From Obrimoposthia wandeli (taxonomy: Eukaryota): 64,000 bases of DNA. A program made the translations under genes and the position numbers. The stretch spans positions 434,001 to 498,000 of the forward strand of contig CDROCS010001981.1 in assembly GCA_977020255.1 (NCBI GenBank), written 5' to 3'. The notes under the pieces were generated by a model. The model searched no databases and was not told where the DNA came from. It was given only the letters and a program-made list of their open reading frames with translations. Below are positions 9,059 through 22,029 of this stretch, piece after piece. Each line of letters begins with the position of its first letter. The stretch's first letter is position 1.

Positions 9059-11782
9059 TGATTATTTTTATTATATGATAATAATTAAAGATGTCCCAGA
9101 CTTATATAGTTTAATATTATCCAATGAGAATCGACAATCAATCAAGATTCATGTATCCAACGATAACTATCAAAATATTTAAGTTTTCTCTCATTAATAA
9201 ATTTCAATTTAAAATTTGAAGAGCATGAAGAAAAAGAAGAAATACATTTTAAATACAACCAAGTTTAACACGATCCATATAGATTACGATGATACGGAAT
9301 TAGAATATATTTTCAGTGAAAACCCTGTTTAATGAAGCTGTACCTTATTTCAGTTATTCAATGAATTTCCTCAAGACACCTGTTTAATATGGATTTCAAT
9401 ACCCCGTTATGCTAACAAAGTCAAAGTTTGATTATGTCATATCAAGAATCCATATTACAGATACTATATACTAATTTAGAGTTATTTTATTCTGCTTTGC
9501 TTAATGCACTTGATACAAAATTATTAGATGGCTTTCTTCTGATATTACTGTCTCTGTTGTATTCTGTGAGACGTCTGCTGTTAATACAACTTTCTTTTCA
9601 ATGCTTTATGGTTACACAACCGGATAACTATAAACACCGTATGTCTTCGCAAAATTTAAGGTTCAACACATTTTATTTTTTAATTATGCGACATTAAGTC
9701 ATATTACGATTTTAATCAATAAACAATTGAAATTTCAAATCGATAAATACCTATGAAAAACTGTGCTGGTAGTTCAGTAGTACAAGAATGGATGTTCTGC
9801 AATAAAAGTTATCAAAAGCTACTGTATTCAACACGGATTAAAGTCAAAGAAATCATTTTCAAAAAGTCGACATTTATTAAATAAAGTTGGTGAGGTAGGA
9901 AGATAAAACAGCTTTGACATTTTTCTCATGTTGTGCATATTTTGAGTCTACTATACATTGTTTTTGTGATAATACTTTGTTGAAAAATTTGGTTACGTTT
10001 CGTGATTTGAATACTATGTCATAAATCACCCGACTCTACGATATTATTTGTTATCTCAGTAAAGGCTGCAAGCGGTTATTCTGGATACCCACAGATTCGA
10101 GAAGACTATTCGTATTTATTGATTAACCCGGATCAGAACTGATTAGTGAAGATTGAAACGCATAGCAGCTTTGAACTTGAGTATCTTCTTATATGTTTTG
10201 AATATAACTTAATAAGAGTTTACATCTTAGGGAGTTGCATGTCTGGTAAATACACAAATCATTCCGGTATACTCGTATCTCTAGCGAGTCATATCCACCA
10301 ACCCAGTACAAGCCTGTTCGGCATATTTATATTTCCCAACTACAACATCAGATACCACATTGTTACAGCAAATAAGACTCGAAAGAAGCTACTGTAAACA
10401 ATAAAATTAATATCACTAAATATAATCATCTCACGAACCACGTTATTTGATATTTTCTGCAGTTGATTATAAATCAAATAATATAAATGTAATAAGATTA
10501 ACATTATTGAAATACTTATGAACTACATGGAGATACTTCTAACGTGTACTGAAACAGTTAGCATATTACGACATGATCCATTATTAAATAATGAAGTACA
10601 TTAGTTCTTGTCGATTGAAAGCTTTGCCCTACTGTACTGGAAAGATACTCAGACTGGGTAATTTATTTTAGGATTATGTTTATGAGGAAACCGTAAAAGA
10701 AGCCTAGAAATAGGTCAACAAAGGTACCGGCGTTGGTATTTTTAATGAGAATTTTGTTTCTCTAGATTTTACTCAATAAAGTTTCTAAAATTGTTAATTT
10801 TTATTAATATTTGAAACAATTCTCATTAATACACTTTAAATTGTTAACATTTTGATTTATGTATACAATAAATAAAAATACAAGTATCTGTGAACCAAAA
10901 TGTATTATTTTATCAAAGTTATTTAAGCATACGAAAATTGTACTAAATAACATTTTCAAATGTAAAAATGTTTTCATTAGAAATCAATTACATAATACCA
11001 GTGATAAGTTAATTACTTTTTAATTAAATTAATAGTTTTATATACATAAGTTTATATTAAATTACATTTTATTTAATTTTGATAATAAGAACTGTCTATA
11101 TGAAAAATATGTAAAACAGTTTGAATGTCAACTAAATCCCAAAATTGTATGAAAATTAAATGCAGAAAATATATTGTTATAAATTAAAAAGAAATTACAG
11201 ATTTGTTTATATTATATCCGTGCTTCATGCAAGTAAAATTAAAGACCAAATATCTCTCAGAAAAGAAAAGTCAGATCCGTTAGGTGGATTATCTATACAG
11301 TTGTAAACGTCAGCATATTAAAGTACGCAATAGTGAAAAATAAACGATTTCCACTCTCAGCATTGAAGTGAATAAAGAAGGATGTGAATTTTCAAAGACG
11401 GATTTTACAAATTCATTATCTGCACGCAGTCTTCAGTCATCTAAGTACTAAAAATAAGACTTCACTACATGTAAAACGTTATAAGTTTAAAATTAAATAA
11501 AACAATTACGATAATCAAACACACGCAAATAATAATGTGGCCCTCAAAAATTGGGCATTAGAATAAAATGAACAATACTGTACAAAAGGTAGTGTCAGTG
11601 AACAAAGATAAACTGCAACATTCACAACAAAATCATGACTTTCTGTTCGGTATATTAAGACAAAACTAAATTCCGGGTATATGTTTCAAGTTGAGACAAC
11701 TGTATACATAAATGTTGTCTTTAGCAAAATTATGAAGACAGATAGGAGTGCAGTGGTGACAAAGCAACATATATACGGTGGA

Positions 11783-13009
11783 TTACGAGACATAACTGTT
11801 GATGGCTGCGACGGTGTCGATGCTGGGATTGTTAATGAGAGGTAGGCCTCCGCTACTGCTGTGATTGTTGATGAGAGGCAGACCTCCACCATGGCTGGGA
11901 TTGTTGAGAGGTAGACCTCCGCCACTGCTGGGATTGTTGATGAGAGGTAGACCGCCACCGCTGCTTATGTTGTTGGTGTTGGGGAGCTCAAAAGTGGCGC
12001 TGGAACAGTTGACGGATGCGGCAGTAGAGGGCTGTTGTTGGATCACCTTCTTACGAAGGTGAACCTGCTGATGGCGCTTGAGATGCCAGGAATCGTAGAA
12101 TTTCGAGCTGCAGCTATTGCATGAGTAGGGCTTCACTTTTACATGCACCTGCAAATGGTGGCGCTTTAAATGCCAGCTGTCATAGAAACTAGATTTACAC
12201 TCGGTACACTGGAACGGTTTGATTTTCGTGTGGATTTGTTGATGACGCTTGAGATGCCACGAATCCTTGAAGGCCGACGTGCACAATGTACACTTGAATG
12301 GCTTCTCGTTGGTGTGAGTGTACTGATGCCGCTTGAGGTGCCATGAGTCATTGAAGGACGAAGTGCAAAGTTGACAGCGATACGGCCGCGTGTTGAGATG
12401 GGATCGCTCATGACGTCGCAGGTGATGATGGCGGGAAAAGGACGCCGAACAGAGATTGCATAGGAACGGTTTCGAGACGTTCGCCGAGTTAGAAGACTTC
12501 TCAATTTTACTCAGATGACTATTTACTGCTGAGGTGTTGAGAGCTGGTGTTCCCATCGGTGTGATTTTAGAGGTCATCAGTGGCGGAGTGTCTTCGATTG
12601 TAGATGTGGTAACCAGTGGTGTTGATGTACAACTCTCAGAAACTACAGTCGGCTCGTTTTTGCATTCTGATGATGTTGTACTAAGTATAGGCTCCGGAGC
12701 AGCTAAAGCTTTCATTAAACTTTTCGATACATTGCGATCTGGAGGACTTTCTGATTGTTGACTTTGAGATTGAGGCAGTTGAGGAAAGACATCAAATCCA
12801 CGATTGTAATTGTTCAAGTCTTTCATCCAATTGTTTGGGAAATAATTTGGACGACTATTCTGTAACCTTGATTTGGGATCATTCATAAGATGCCCAAAAT
12901 GGAACATATTTTGATCAAAAACATTAATAGGAGAGTTGAAATTTCCTGAACCCACAGGAGCATAGTAGTAATTGAAGTCGTTCATAAAATTTCCAAACCG
13001 AGGGGCCAT
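11783..13009 (-). CDS. C2H2 zinc-finger transcription factor with five tandem fingers (MAZ/VEZF1/ZNF740-like helices); may have an upstream exon
   Basis: Intact 408-aa ORF with five C-x2-C-x12-H-x3/4-H fingers and TNEKPF-type linkers. The ATG is preceded by TTAG, a possible splice acceptor. Confidence 0.9.
   Translation of the reverse strand: MAPRFGNFMNDFNYYYAPVGSGNFNSPINVFDQNMFHFGHLMNDPKSRLQNSRPNYFPNNWMKDLNNYNRGFDVFPQLPQSQSQQSESPPDRNVSKSLMKALAAPEPILSTTSSECKNEPTVVSESCTSTPLVTTSTIEDTPPLMTSKITPMGTPALNTSAVNSHLSKIEKSSNSANVSKPFLCNLCSASFSRHHHLRRHERSHLNTRPYRCQLCTSSFNDSWHLKRHQYTHTNEKPFKCTLCTSAFKDSWHLKRHQQIHTKIKPFQCTECKSSFYDSWHLKRHHLQVHVKVKPYSCNSCSSKFYDSWHLKRHQQVHLRKKVIQQQPSTAASVNCSSATFELPNTNNISSGGGLPLINNPSSGGGLPLNNPSHGGGLPLINNHSSSGGLPLINNPSIDTVAAINSYVS
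11822..11965 (-). repeat. Coding minisatellite, SSGGGLPLINNP x4
   Basis: Four 33-36 nt units in the C-terminal tail of the zinc-finger ORF. Confidence 0.85.
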
Positions 13010-14639
13010 CTAAGTTAAACTAAGATAAAAATGAATTTTATACAAACTTGATTAAACTCTGGGCGAACGAAAAAATTAGTCTGCATTGAATTAGAATATT
13101 ATAAATTTATGAGTAATATAATTTATTCACCATATAGAAGTTTATTAAATTTAATATTAAAAACAGGATAGCAAAGTTAGCAAATTGTAACAAATTAGTT
13201 GTTAAAAAAAATTCATTTCAAATTTCTGAATCTAATGGTAAATAATATCAAAACAATTGATAAAATTGAAAGCTTCAAACAAATTATATATATTATATAT
13301 TTCAATCATTTTAGTGTGTAGATTTCAAGAGTTGTATACATTTTGCATTATAGTTAAAATTTATCAGATTATAATTATTTTAAACAAATAATAAACATTT
13401 ATTTTTGCAATATTTTATTTTATATCCCAAATTTGCCAAGTGCTTTTGCAAAATACTGTTGCACAATAGGTTCATACATAGTGGACTAAAAATTAATTTG
13501 ACCCATTGCTGCCTTTACTTATAGAAGTGTAATTCGCCGAAGCATAATCAAGAGATTTTCACGTAACCACATATCTGCATACTCATATAGCCAGGATATT
13601 TTCCAGATCCCAAACGGAAAGACTCGCATAAGTCAAGAATTTCATCATATTTTTTTAATTTATCAACAACATAATATTTTACACTCATGTATGAAAACAA
13701 CACGATGTCTGCCTATTATATGGCCAGACTCCCAAACAGTATGCACTCTAAAGTGCATACCAACATATTCTTGGCCTCCAATTGTCTTAATTTAAATTTT
13801 ACGTAATTATGCGATGCAGCAATATTGGTGAATGACGTTTTTACAAATTTGTACTATAAATTATATATTATTAACTTGAACATATAGTCATACATTGGGG
13901 ACCTGAAACATCTTTGGATCAAAACAATCTGCACAAATCTAGCACAAACTACAGATATTTGAAAATCTGAGATCCTCAGAAATCCCTCTAGGCCCAAATA
14001 AAATCGTGATTTTTTGAAAATATTATTTTTCCCGTTTTTTTCTTGTTGTTGTCAATGGCCGCCAAAAAACAATAATTGTTTTCTAGCTACTAGAGTTATG
14101 TTGTCTAGACATAATTCAAAAGTTAGATTCCATAAACCCAAATTATAATAAACAGGTACACTAGGAATTTATAAGCAAATATTGCCGATAGGATATTTCT
14201 GATTTCTGATTACATAACTCTCCTCTCCACTATTCAAAACTTGAACTTCTTCAGCCATTCGATTATCCTCGTGAGGATTCATCTTGGAAACTGAATTGAT
14301 ACATGTCGTGGACTTCAAAAAATATATTATTCTATATGGGCTTTCATATTGGTTTGCTATATTTGCTTCTCATAATTGAGTCATTTTTAACAAACACATT
14401 TTCAATTACTTCAAATATACTTTAATGTTTTTTTTCATTATCTAAATTCTCTATCTTCTCAGCTGCGATTTGTTGGTTCTTCCTTACGTTTTGAATGATA
14501 TTTTATTTATTGTTTGTGTTGCACTTGATGCTCGATTTTTTTATTTTTATTCCATAAATGACCTCAAATGATGAATGTTTTGAAGAAGTATTCACAGCTG
14601 AATTTATAGAAAATTCAATTTGTGGCACAAATTCGTATC

Positions 14640-16135
14640 AACATTTACCTGTTTTAGTAGAAGCTATGATCGTAACAATCATAAATCTTACGTATAACTA
14701 TTTCTTCTGGACCGTTAGTTGACAGTGTCATTTAAGCTCATGTTCAATACCAAATTTTCATAACCAATTCTGAAAATAATTTCAATTAATATTCGTCCTC
14801 TATTTGTTAAAATACTCTTAATTTTCCCCAAATATATATACAATTTGTCTCGAGTGCTTTAGTAATTGTTATTTAATCTGCTTTTGAAGTTGCTGATAGT
14901 GATACCAGTTTTCTAAATCGATCGATTTCTATCAACATATTTTTATTTTTAGATCTTCTTTCCTGCATGTAGGCTATATTGACAACTATTTGATCTAAAA
15001 AATTCTTTTACTACAGGGATATATATATTTATTTTATTCTGCTAGTTTCCATTTTTCTTTTGACATAATAAACGCATTTTATAAACATTTTTTATTTCTT
15101 GTAACACTTCTTTCAAATAGAAATTATATTAAATATAGTTATAAACCTTTTGAATTCTTAGAGGACAAAGATATGATGCATTTGGTATGATCTGTTCTTG
15201 CCAGTTATATAATTGTTCCTTTGAACAACAAACCATCAAATATTTTATACGTCAGACTCTAAAATGTTTCGGTACAGTAGTCAAATGGAAAATGATTGAA
15301 ACAAAATTGTTCCAGTTTTGTGCTGAAGGAAGTTTGTGTCGGAGACTCAATTTCTAGATGTACCTGGTAATAATCTTGTCTAATATTTAGTGTTTTAAAT
15401 ATTTTTACATCATATAGACAATCGAACAAGAGTTGTGCATCCAGTTTTGCAAATGTAAACTTCTTGTTATAGCATTTAATTGTATGTAGTCAACTTAAAT
15501 TCAAATTTTATTGTCTGGTGTCTTCACAATGACCAATGACGAGTTCCAAGGACTTTCACAATGCCTAAGTGCGATTACTTTGAGTAAATTTTCCATCATT
15601 TCATCAACTAAGTTTTCTAAAAGCATTGGTTATTATCTATCAGTTTGACAAATTTGATAGGCAATAGTCTAAATTTTATGAGAGACAATTTTGGTATATT
15701 TTAAATCAAATTTAAAACACATAAATATTTCTCCAAACTCCTCTATATAATCTCTCAGAATTGAGTCTATCGCATTTTAAAGAATTACATATTTTATCTG
15801 TTTTTTCTTTCGAGAGAAACTTTTTCTTTATGCAATATTAGTCCAAATTACATAATTCCTGCAGCTTTTTACCGAATGTTTTCATTGTTTCGATTTCACC
15901 AATAAAATTTAATTTAATTTCTTCTACAGCGATTATTTCCAAAACGCTTTCCTTTCCATTCCATAAAACTTAAGTATTATACCTACCCAAAGGTTGTTGA
16001 TGACTACTCGAAAAAACTCCCCTCAAATATAAATGACTCTTTCTTATTTAGTGACATCTACTTTCTTCCTACAATACTTACTCATTGCAGTAACTGATGC
16101 TCCGGAGTCCAACAGCATTTCAACATCTACATAAT
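14640..16135 (-). mobile_element. Highly decayed Ty3/gypsy pol remnant (protease, RT), bounded by a Polinton terminus at 16153
   Basis: VEMLLDSGASVTAM (aspartic protease) near 16120; SPWNSSLVIVK...VDYIQLNAIT near 15480-15560; FKTLNIRQDYYQVHL...TSFST near 15330-15410. Confidence 0.7.
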
Positions 16136-16152
16136 TTATCCTCATTATACTC

Positions 16153-16270
16153 AGTAGGATGATGTATCCAGTCTAATCTACCCCTCCCCTAACCAGAGGG
16201 TAACACTGTCCTTTAAAACCATGCATGTGTGTGGTGTGAAATTTTGTGCATGTGTACATGAATTTCACAT
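16153..16270. mobile_element. Left terminus of a Polinton-like element (family 1)
   Basis: Begins AGTAGGATGATGTATCCAGTCTAATC and contains CACTGTCCTTTAAAACCATGCATGTGTGTGG..TGAAATTT. It is inverted relative to the termini at 32501 and 39473, but has no matching 6-bp TSD with either. Confidence 0.75.
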
Positions 16271-17849
16271 CCGACCTCAAAAGCGATTAAAGAAAACCAC
16301 ATCAGTCCATATTGACTCCATCGACTTTTAGTAGACGAAATTTCAGATAATACTTTTGTATGAATAAATGACTACATTTTTATGCAAGTTAAGATGACAA
16401 AAAAAATGTAGGTTAGACTTTTTTTATTAATAAAAACAGGACAAAATTAATTTCAAAACATTTATTTAAAAAATATAAAACATTAGTTTCACTTTAAATA
16501 TAGATGAGGAAAAAAATACAAAATAAAATTAATTTCTATACATTTATTAAAAAACATAAAATATAAAGCACCATATTAGCTTCACCCAAAGAGGCTGTAT
16601 TTTCCCGTCATCTGAACAATATACATTGAGTCGTATTGAAATATTCCATAACTCTTCATCTAAAATAGGAGCAATCAAATAACCTATATCATCTGTAAAA
16701 GCCAGACTGGGATCAGTTTCAATTTTGAAAGAATTTCCTTCGTTTACATAAAACCAGGTATGTAAAATTTCAAAATATTCTTGAATTGATCAATATCAGA
16801 TGTTGGTTTAATTTCAATTAAATATTTATTTTTCACTTTTGATATTTTCACAGGATTCATAACTCAAACAAAATGATCAAAGCAGACTTCTTTGGATAAA
16901 AAAGTAATTTAGAAGTCTTCCAATAATCTTTTCTAAGATTGTAAATTATATTATGTAATTCACTCGGAATACTTTCATCTACTTCCATCTAATTTATCAG
17001 TTACCCAGTAAATCTCCAACCGATGAAAATTGAGATTGTCAAAATAGAATCTCCCTCAGAGTTAGTAATGTTGGTTGGCAAATGTCCTTTCCCACGAATA
17101 CCTTTTTCAAGCAGCATCCCGGGAACAATTACATAGTAGATCCAGGTTTTAGCTGTAAGGACATGAAAACGTGCGCAAACCTATGATAATATCTTACCTG
17201 GAATATAGGAGATATTGAGAGGTTCGGTCATCGGCGATAGTCTTGTTGTAAATACATCTGTAGATAGATTTTCAACAAGACTACTAAACTAATCGAATAC
17301 ACACTCCATCAATGTGCGCTGTTCCCTAAATTTCTCCAATCAATTGAAAAATTACAAGCAATGCTCACAAATATCACTAAATCTCACATAATTTCTCCCC
17401 TAGAACTACATAAATATCATAAATTTCCTGAACATATCATTAATTCCCCAAATATATCATTAATTTTGCCTTTAGAATCATCTAAATATCAAAAAATTTC
17501 TTAACAAAAAATCATCCACTTTGCCTATATAGCAACTTATGTTTACCAGCTCGTGTTTTAGCATGAAACAAAGCAAGTAGAGGTTTCTAATGTCGATTCA
17601 TTGAAGCATTAACAGTTCCTTTATTAGAAACTATTTTTGAACCATATTAAGTTAATCATATATTACAAAAGTAGGAAATGATGTAAGTTGGACGACAAAA
17701 AGCAGGTGAATGCATAATATAATTGAATTAAGTGATACTCCTAGATTTCCTATCACAAACAACCATTCTTTTCTTATTTCATTTTCGAGCAACCTTTTTC
17801 CTTGCACTCAATTTCTTCACTTCAAGTTTAATAATTTCCTTTTTAAATC

Positions 17850-18460
17850 TCATTTTCGAAAAACAGGTTTCTTTGATTGTTTATAAACGGTAATCCCTAA
17901 TGGAATGAATATATCAAATCTAAATTTTAAGTCATCAGGACAATATTGAGTAAAATCAATAAACATATTGTGAGGAGCAGTAGTTATCTCTTGAAATGAA
18001 TAAATTAGGTAATTTATAATAACAAAATCAATAACAGTCTGATCACATGGATTCTTGAAGAGAACAAGGTAATGTACATTTAAGTTACGAGTTCTATGAT
18101 TTTTATCTTTATGAAATATATTTCGTATGATGAACATAACAGTTACTTTTCGATGTCTTGCTATTTTAGTGAATAAAATATTGGAATCACTCTCTTTATT
18201 TGCTTCTTGATACAAGTCATCAATAACAATAACATCATGACGCTGTAATAGCTCAGATCAATTATCATCAAATCCATTACTGACTTTTATATTTTTGATT
18301 TCCTTAAACTCTTTACTAGTTAAACCTGCTTCTCATTCTCCTCCCTGATGCCAATATATATTTTAAACTTAAATCTAAAGTATTTATTATTTTGCAGTAA
18401 CCTACAAACACAAAGAGTTTTCCCGCTACCACTAGGCTCTACAATTTGAAAAACTTAATT
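17850..18460 (-). pseudogene. Polinton/adintovirus A32/FtsK-like genome-packaging ATPase
   Basis: Decayed Walker A IVEPSGSGKT (18421-18445), Walker B VIVIDDL, then LFTKIARHRKVTVMFI.RNIF...LNVHYLVLFKNP. Two in-frame TGA stops. Confidence 0.9.
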
Positions 18461-19689
18461 ATTTTTAAAATCTATATTAAAAATATTGCAGTACTGAGAT
18501 AATGTTTATAAGACAAAAAACAGTTACATAAAATATTTGATTACAATATATCTACAATAAACAATAAAAAAACTCTTATCCCAGAAAAAGCTCTTCTGGG
18601 ACGTGTTCTCTTCTTTATTTTTGTTGTAGCCCAAAATGAGGTGATCGACATCCTTGTTGATAAACAATGATTTTTCGAAATAAAAACTTTCCCTACCTTG
18701 TCAAGATCTTCTTTGAAATGATAAGGAGTAGACAAAATAAAGAAGTCTGAATAAAAAGTAATCTGTTTATATACTATACAACTGAAATATGATTGGATGC
18801 TAATTTAGAAAGACACTAAGAAATAAAAATATTGACTCATAAAGAATACAATTTATATATGATAATGATTAAAAATACGTATTTGATTAAGCATTGTTTC
18901 ACTAAAAGCAGGAATACGACGTTTAGCTTTAACACGATTGGAATCAGTGCTAACGCGCACTGAAAGAGATAAAATGCAATAACAATACAAACAGCATGTC
19001 AACTTCAATAATGATCATATAATAGAACTTTCCCTCCATTTTTGATAGTTTCTTTTATTATATTATTAGTTTGTTTATAATATTGTAATATTGTTTCTCC
19101 TAATTTCGAATTTACAAAGATAGACGTATACTTTTATTTCTCATAAGATATCTTATTCATTATATGTGTATTGATGACGTGGGTGAATTCTGATTTTAGA
19201 AGCTCAGTTTCATCAATATCATCTCAATAATTTCCAATATACAATTGATATACTAAAATCTCGCTCATTGGTGTTCTGTTTAATCTTGCCGCACTAAGTT
19301 GACTAAATCTAGCTTGAAACAAACTATCAAAAAGGTGGGACATATGATTCATTTCTATACTGGAAGCATGAGCTATTATGGGTTCCATAAAAGCCAAAGC
19401 ATTTAAGAAATATGATCGTTTGTTTTCTTCTTCAATAATTAATTTCACTTCTTCAATAGTTTAAGTAAATATTTATCGTTGATGCTATCGTTGTCTTCGT
19501 CGCTGCTGCTTCATTACGCTTATCCATTTATTGATAAATTAAAAGATATAAGATTATTTTTTATAACTAAAAACAAAGATAAATCTCTTTTTAGTAATAT
19601 TGCAACTTATTTGTAAGTGATGTCTTTGTGTAGGGAAGAATTAACACAGGTGTGAAGATATATATTAAACAAAATACATTCAATAAAAT

Positions 19690-20130
19690 ATTCATAACTA
19701 AGTGACTTAATACCAAGTATCATCATCTTCTTGCTCGCAAAAATGTTCACACTTAGTGGATTGTATTTGGCATATCGAAGTCCCGGATAAATTTATGGCT
19801 CGTAAACTGCATCCAATCCCATACTCTTGCTCAGTTTGTTTAGGTTTATCGGTTTTTCCAAAATAGTACTGACGCTGATTGATTGGATTCTTTCGATTTT
19901 ATTATCGAAAGGAAGAGTGCTGTCATCTAACACTGCTTTACAGCCCATTATTGTGAATGTTTCTAAATTATATTAAAAATTAAATTGTAAAATAAATTAC
20001 TAGATTTGAATATTATAATAGAATAATCTTCTCACTTGAGCCGATTCTAGTGTGGCTTCGAATTCCGAAATAGTAAGTGTTGGATGTTTTTTCCATTTCC
20101 ATATAATTAATATTCACAAATTTGAAATTG
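19690..20130 (-). pseudogene. Second TBP-like gene, two exons
   Basis: VNINY...DYSIIIFKS | TFTIMGCK...INLNKL...VYEP*IYPGL...VNIFASKKMMILGIK. A 38-nt GT-AG phase-1 intron at 19963-20000 sits at the same codon as in the 8.6-9.1 kb copy. Confidence 0.75.
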
Positions 20131-20267
20131 TGAAGTAATATTTCTGACTATTATAAACTGATTCTTATATACTATTTGAAAATATATTTTTAGACCACAT
20201 GTGATATCTTTGATCAATTGTTTATCCCGTGAAATCATATAATTTTTAATCGTCTAATGATAATTGT

Positions 20268-21162
20268 CTAGCAATATATATATGAAATAAATAGATCTGA
20301 ATATTTAATACATGTATTAAAGTGTCCATATGGTAAAGATGCTACAGAAATCATATCTGACAAGCAAATAATACATTTGGAATTTGGTAAAAGGTATTCA
20401 AGATAATTTTTAACATGACTTGGTTCAGGTTTTATTTGTAAAGAACTTAAATCCGTTAGAAACTCATATATAAAATCATATTTTTTATCAAATGTTTTAA
20501 ACGTATTTTCTAAAACGGATATGATTCTATACAATATCGATATGAATCATTCCAAATAGAGATATGTTGGAAAATCAACAATGTAGGTATTATAAAATCA
20601 TTATGCGTACAATAACTACTTTATGCACTAGATTTGTATCAAAATAAACTTTCTTGTTACTAGTTTCAAATATTGATACATTTAACACATTAATTTTCAA
20701 GTCAAACGGACATGTCGGGAAATAAATCATATGTTCCTTCATTGGTTTAAAATACCACTCTCATTCAGATAATGCACCTTTACAATAAACATATTTTACA
20801 TTATCAGTTAAATCATCATGTTTATAAAACCCGGCTTTTGCTGATGCTTTCTTATCCACTAAACCATTAAACTTTCTTTGCAATGATTCTAATCTAGCCC
20901 GTTCGAATATCATATCTTCATTTCTTCTTGAAATTTTATCAAAACGAAGTCGTCTAATGCTACTTTCTTCATTTGAGATACATAATAAAGAAGATGAGGA
21001 AAGTTTCAGCTCAAATACTATTTGAAAATCTAATTTTAGACCACATTGCATGGTATACTTGATAATGTTGATGGATATAATAAAGCATTCACTGCAATTA
21101 AAAAGAATGCTAGTGTATATCTTGGTACAAAAACTTTCAGTAAACGTTCCATATACCAGCAT
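20268..21162 (-). pseudogene. Inhibitor of apoptosis (IAP), BIR + C-terminal RING
   Basis: BIR: ERARLES...KAGFY...DNVKYVYCKGALSE*EWYFKPMKEH...PTCPF. RING: CIICLSDMISVASLPYGHFNTCIKY. Shows Cys-to-Tyr and Trp-to-stop decay. Confidence 0.85.
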
Positions 21163-21325
21163 TTTTAAATATTAAATTAACTTGCTAATTATATAATACT
21201 TATTTTGTTAAGTAGTTAGTTTAATTATATTTAGTAAATTCAATACTACTTTGTTTTATGAGTAGTTAAATAAAATTAGGTTTAATTTTTACAAGTATAT
21301 AGTTAACTAGTAGTAAGTAGCAAAT

Positions 21326-21693
21326 GCTTTTGAGGCAGACTTGGCAGCAAACACTGAGAGACTGCAGAGTATCCAGGGCTCAGGACAAAGATTGATGGAC
21401 AAAGGTCAGTGCATGGGCCAAGAAAGTGCCGTCGACGAGAGAATCATCAAGCTCACCGATCAGTGGAATTATCTGGTAACCAAGTCCAAGGATAAGGCCG
21501 AGAAACTACAAGAAGCCAACAAGCAGGCTGTTTACAATGCCGAGTTATAGGACATATTTTTCTGACTAGAAGAGGTGGAACATTCTCTCTCGAGTCCTGA
21601 CTATGGAAAGGAATCTGCATCTGTGGACAGTCTTTTATCTAAGCATCAAGTTCTGGGAACAGATATCCATATTCATAATGACTGCATCAAGCC
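21326..21693 (+). pseudogene. Intronless alpha-spectrin fragment (parts of two spectrin repeats)
   Basis: AFEADLAANTERLQSI...LMDKGQCMGQESAV...DQWNYL...KLQEANKQ...LEEVE...DYGKESASVDSLLSKHQVL is typical alpha-spectrin. It is one frame with two nonsense codons. Confidence 0.85.
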
Positions 21694-21905
21694 GAGTATG
21701 GAGATTTTCCGAAACATTGATGAGAATTGTCATCCAGGCAATCGGGAGTACCTTCTTGATTATAACAGCACTGGAGAGTCAACGTTTCTGAAGTTGTTGT
21801 TGAAGCAGTTGAAGCCAAATAACGGAGATGTATTTTGCAACAATAAAACCAAGGTTGGATACTTCAACATCGTATATGGATTGAACTTCGAGCAGACATG
21901 GCTGT
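21694..21905 (+). pseudogene. ABC-F family ATPase fragment fused in frame to the spectrin fragment
   Basis: IFRNID...PGNR..LL.YNSTGESTFLKLLLKQLKPNNGDV...KVGYFN resembles the second NBD of ABCF (GKSTLLKLL.G.L.P..G.V.....IGYF.Q). Confidence 0.65.
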
Positions 21906-22029
21906 GGAATCTCCATGACAGAATTGACTCGGTCGCAACGCTTAAACAATGATTAAGGTTGAATAATGAGTTAGAAGAAGCGTGAGCTGCGAAAGTGACT
22001 GAATAACAGCGAACAATTGAAATGTATGT

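Noticed and set aside
9100-10400. Decayed coding-like sequence beside the first TBP-like gene, possibly a capsid or polymerase module
   Set aside because: No motif is strong enough to name.
16560-17340. Possible penton (minor capsid) or piggyBac-like remnant on the minus strand
   Set aside because: Different frames give weak, conflicting resemblances (HTWFYVNEG, LNVYCS, YIPGKILS) with wrong spacing. It cannot be assigned without a profile search.
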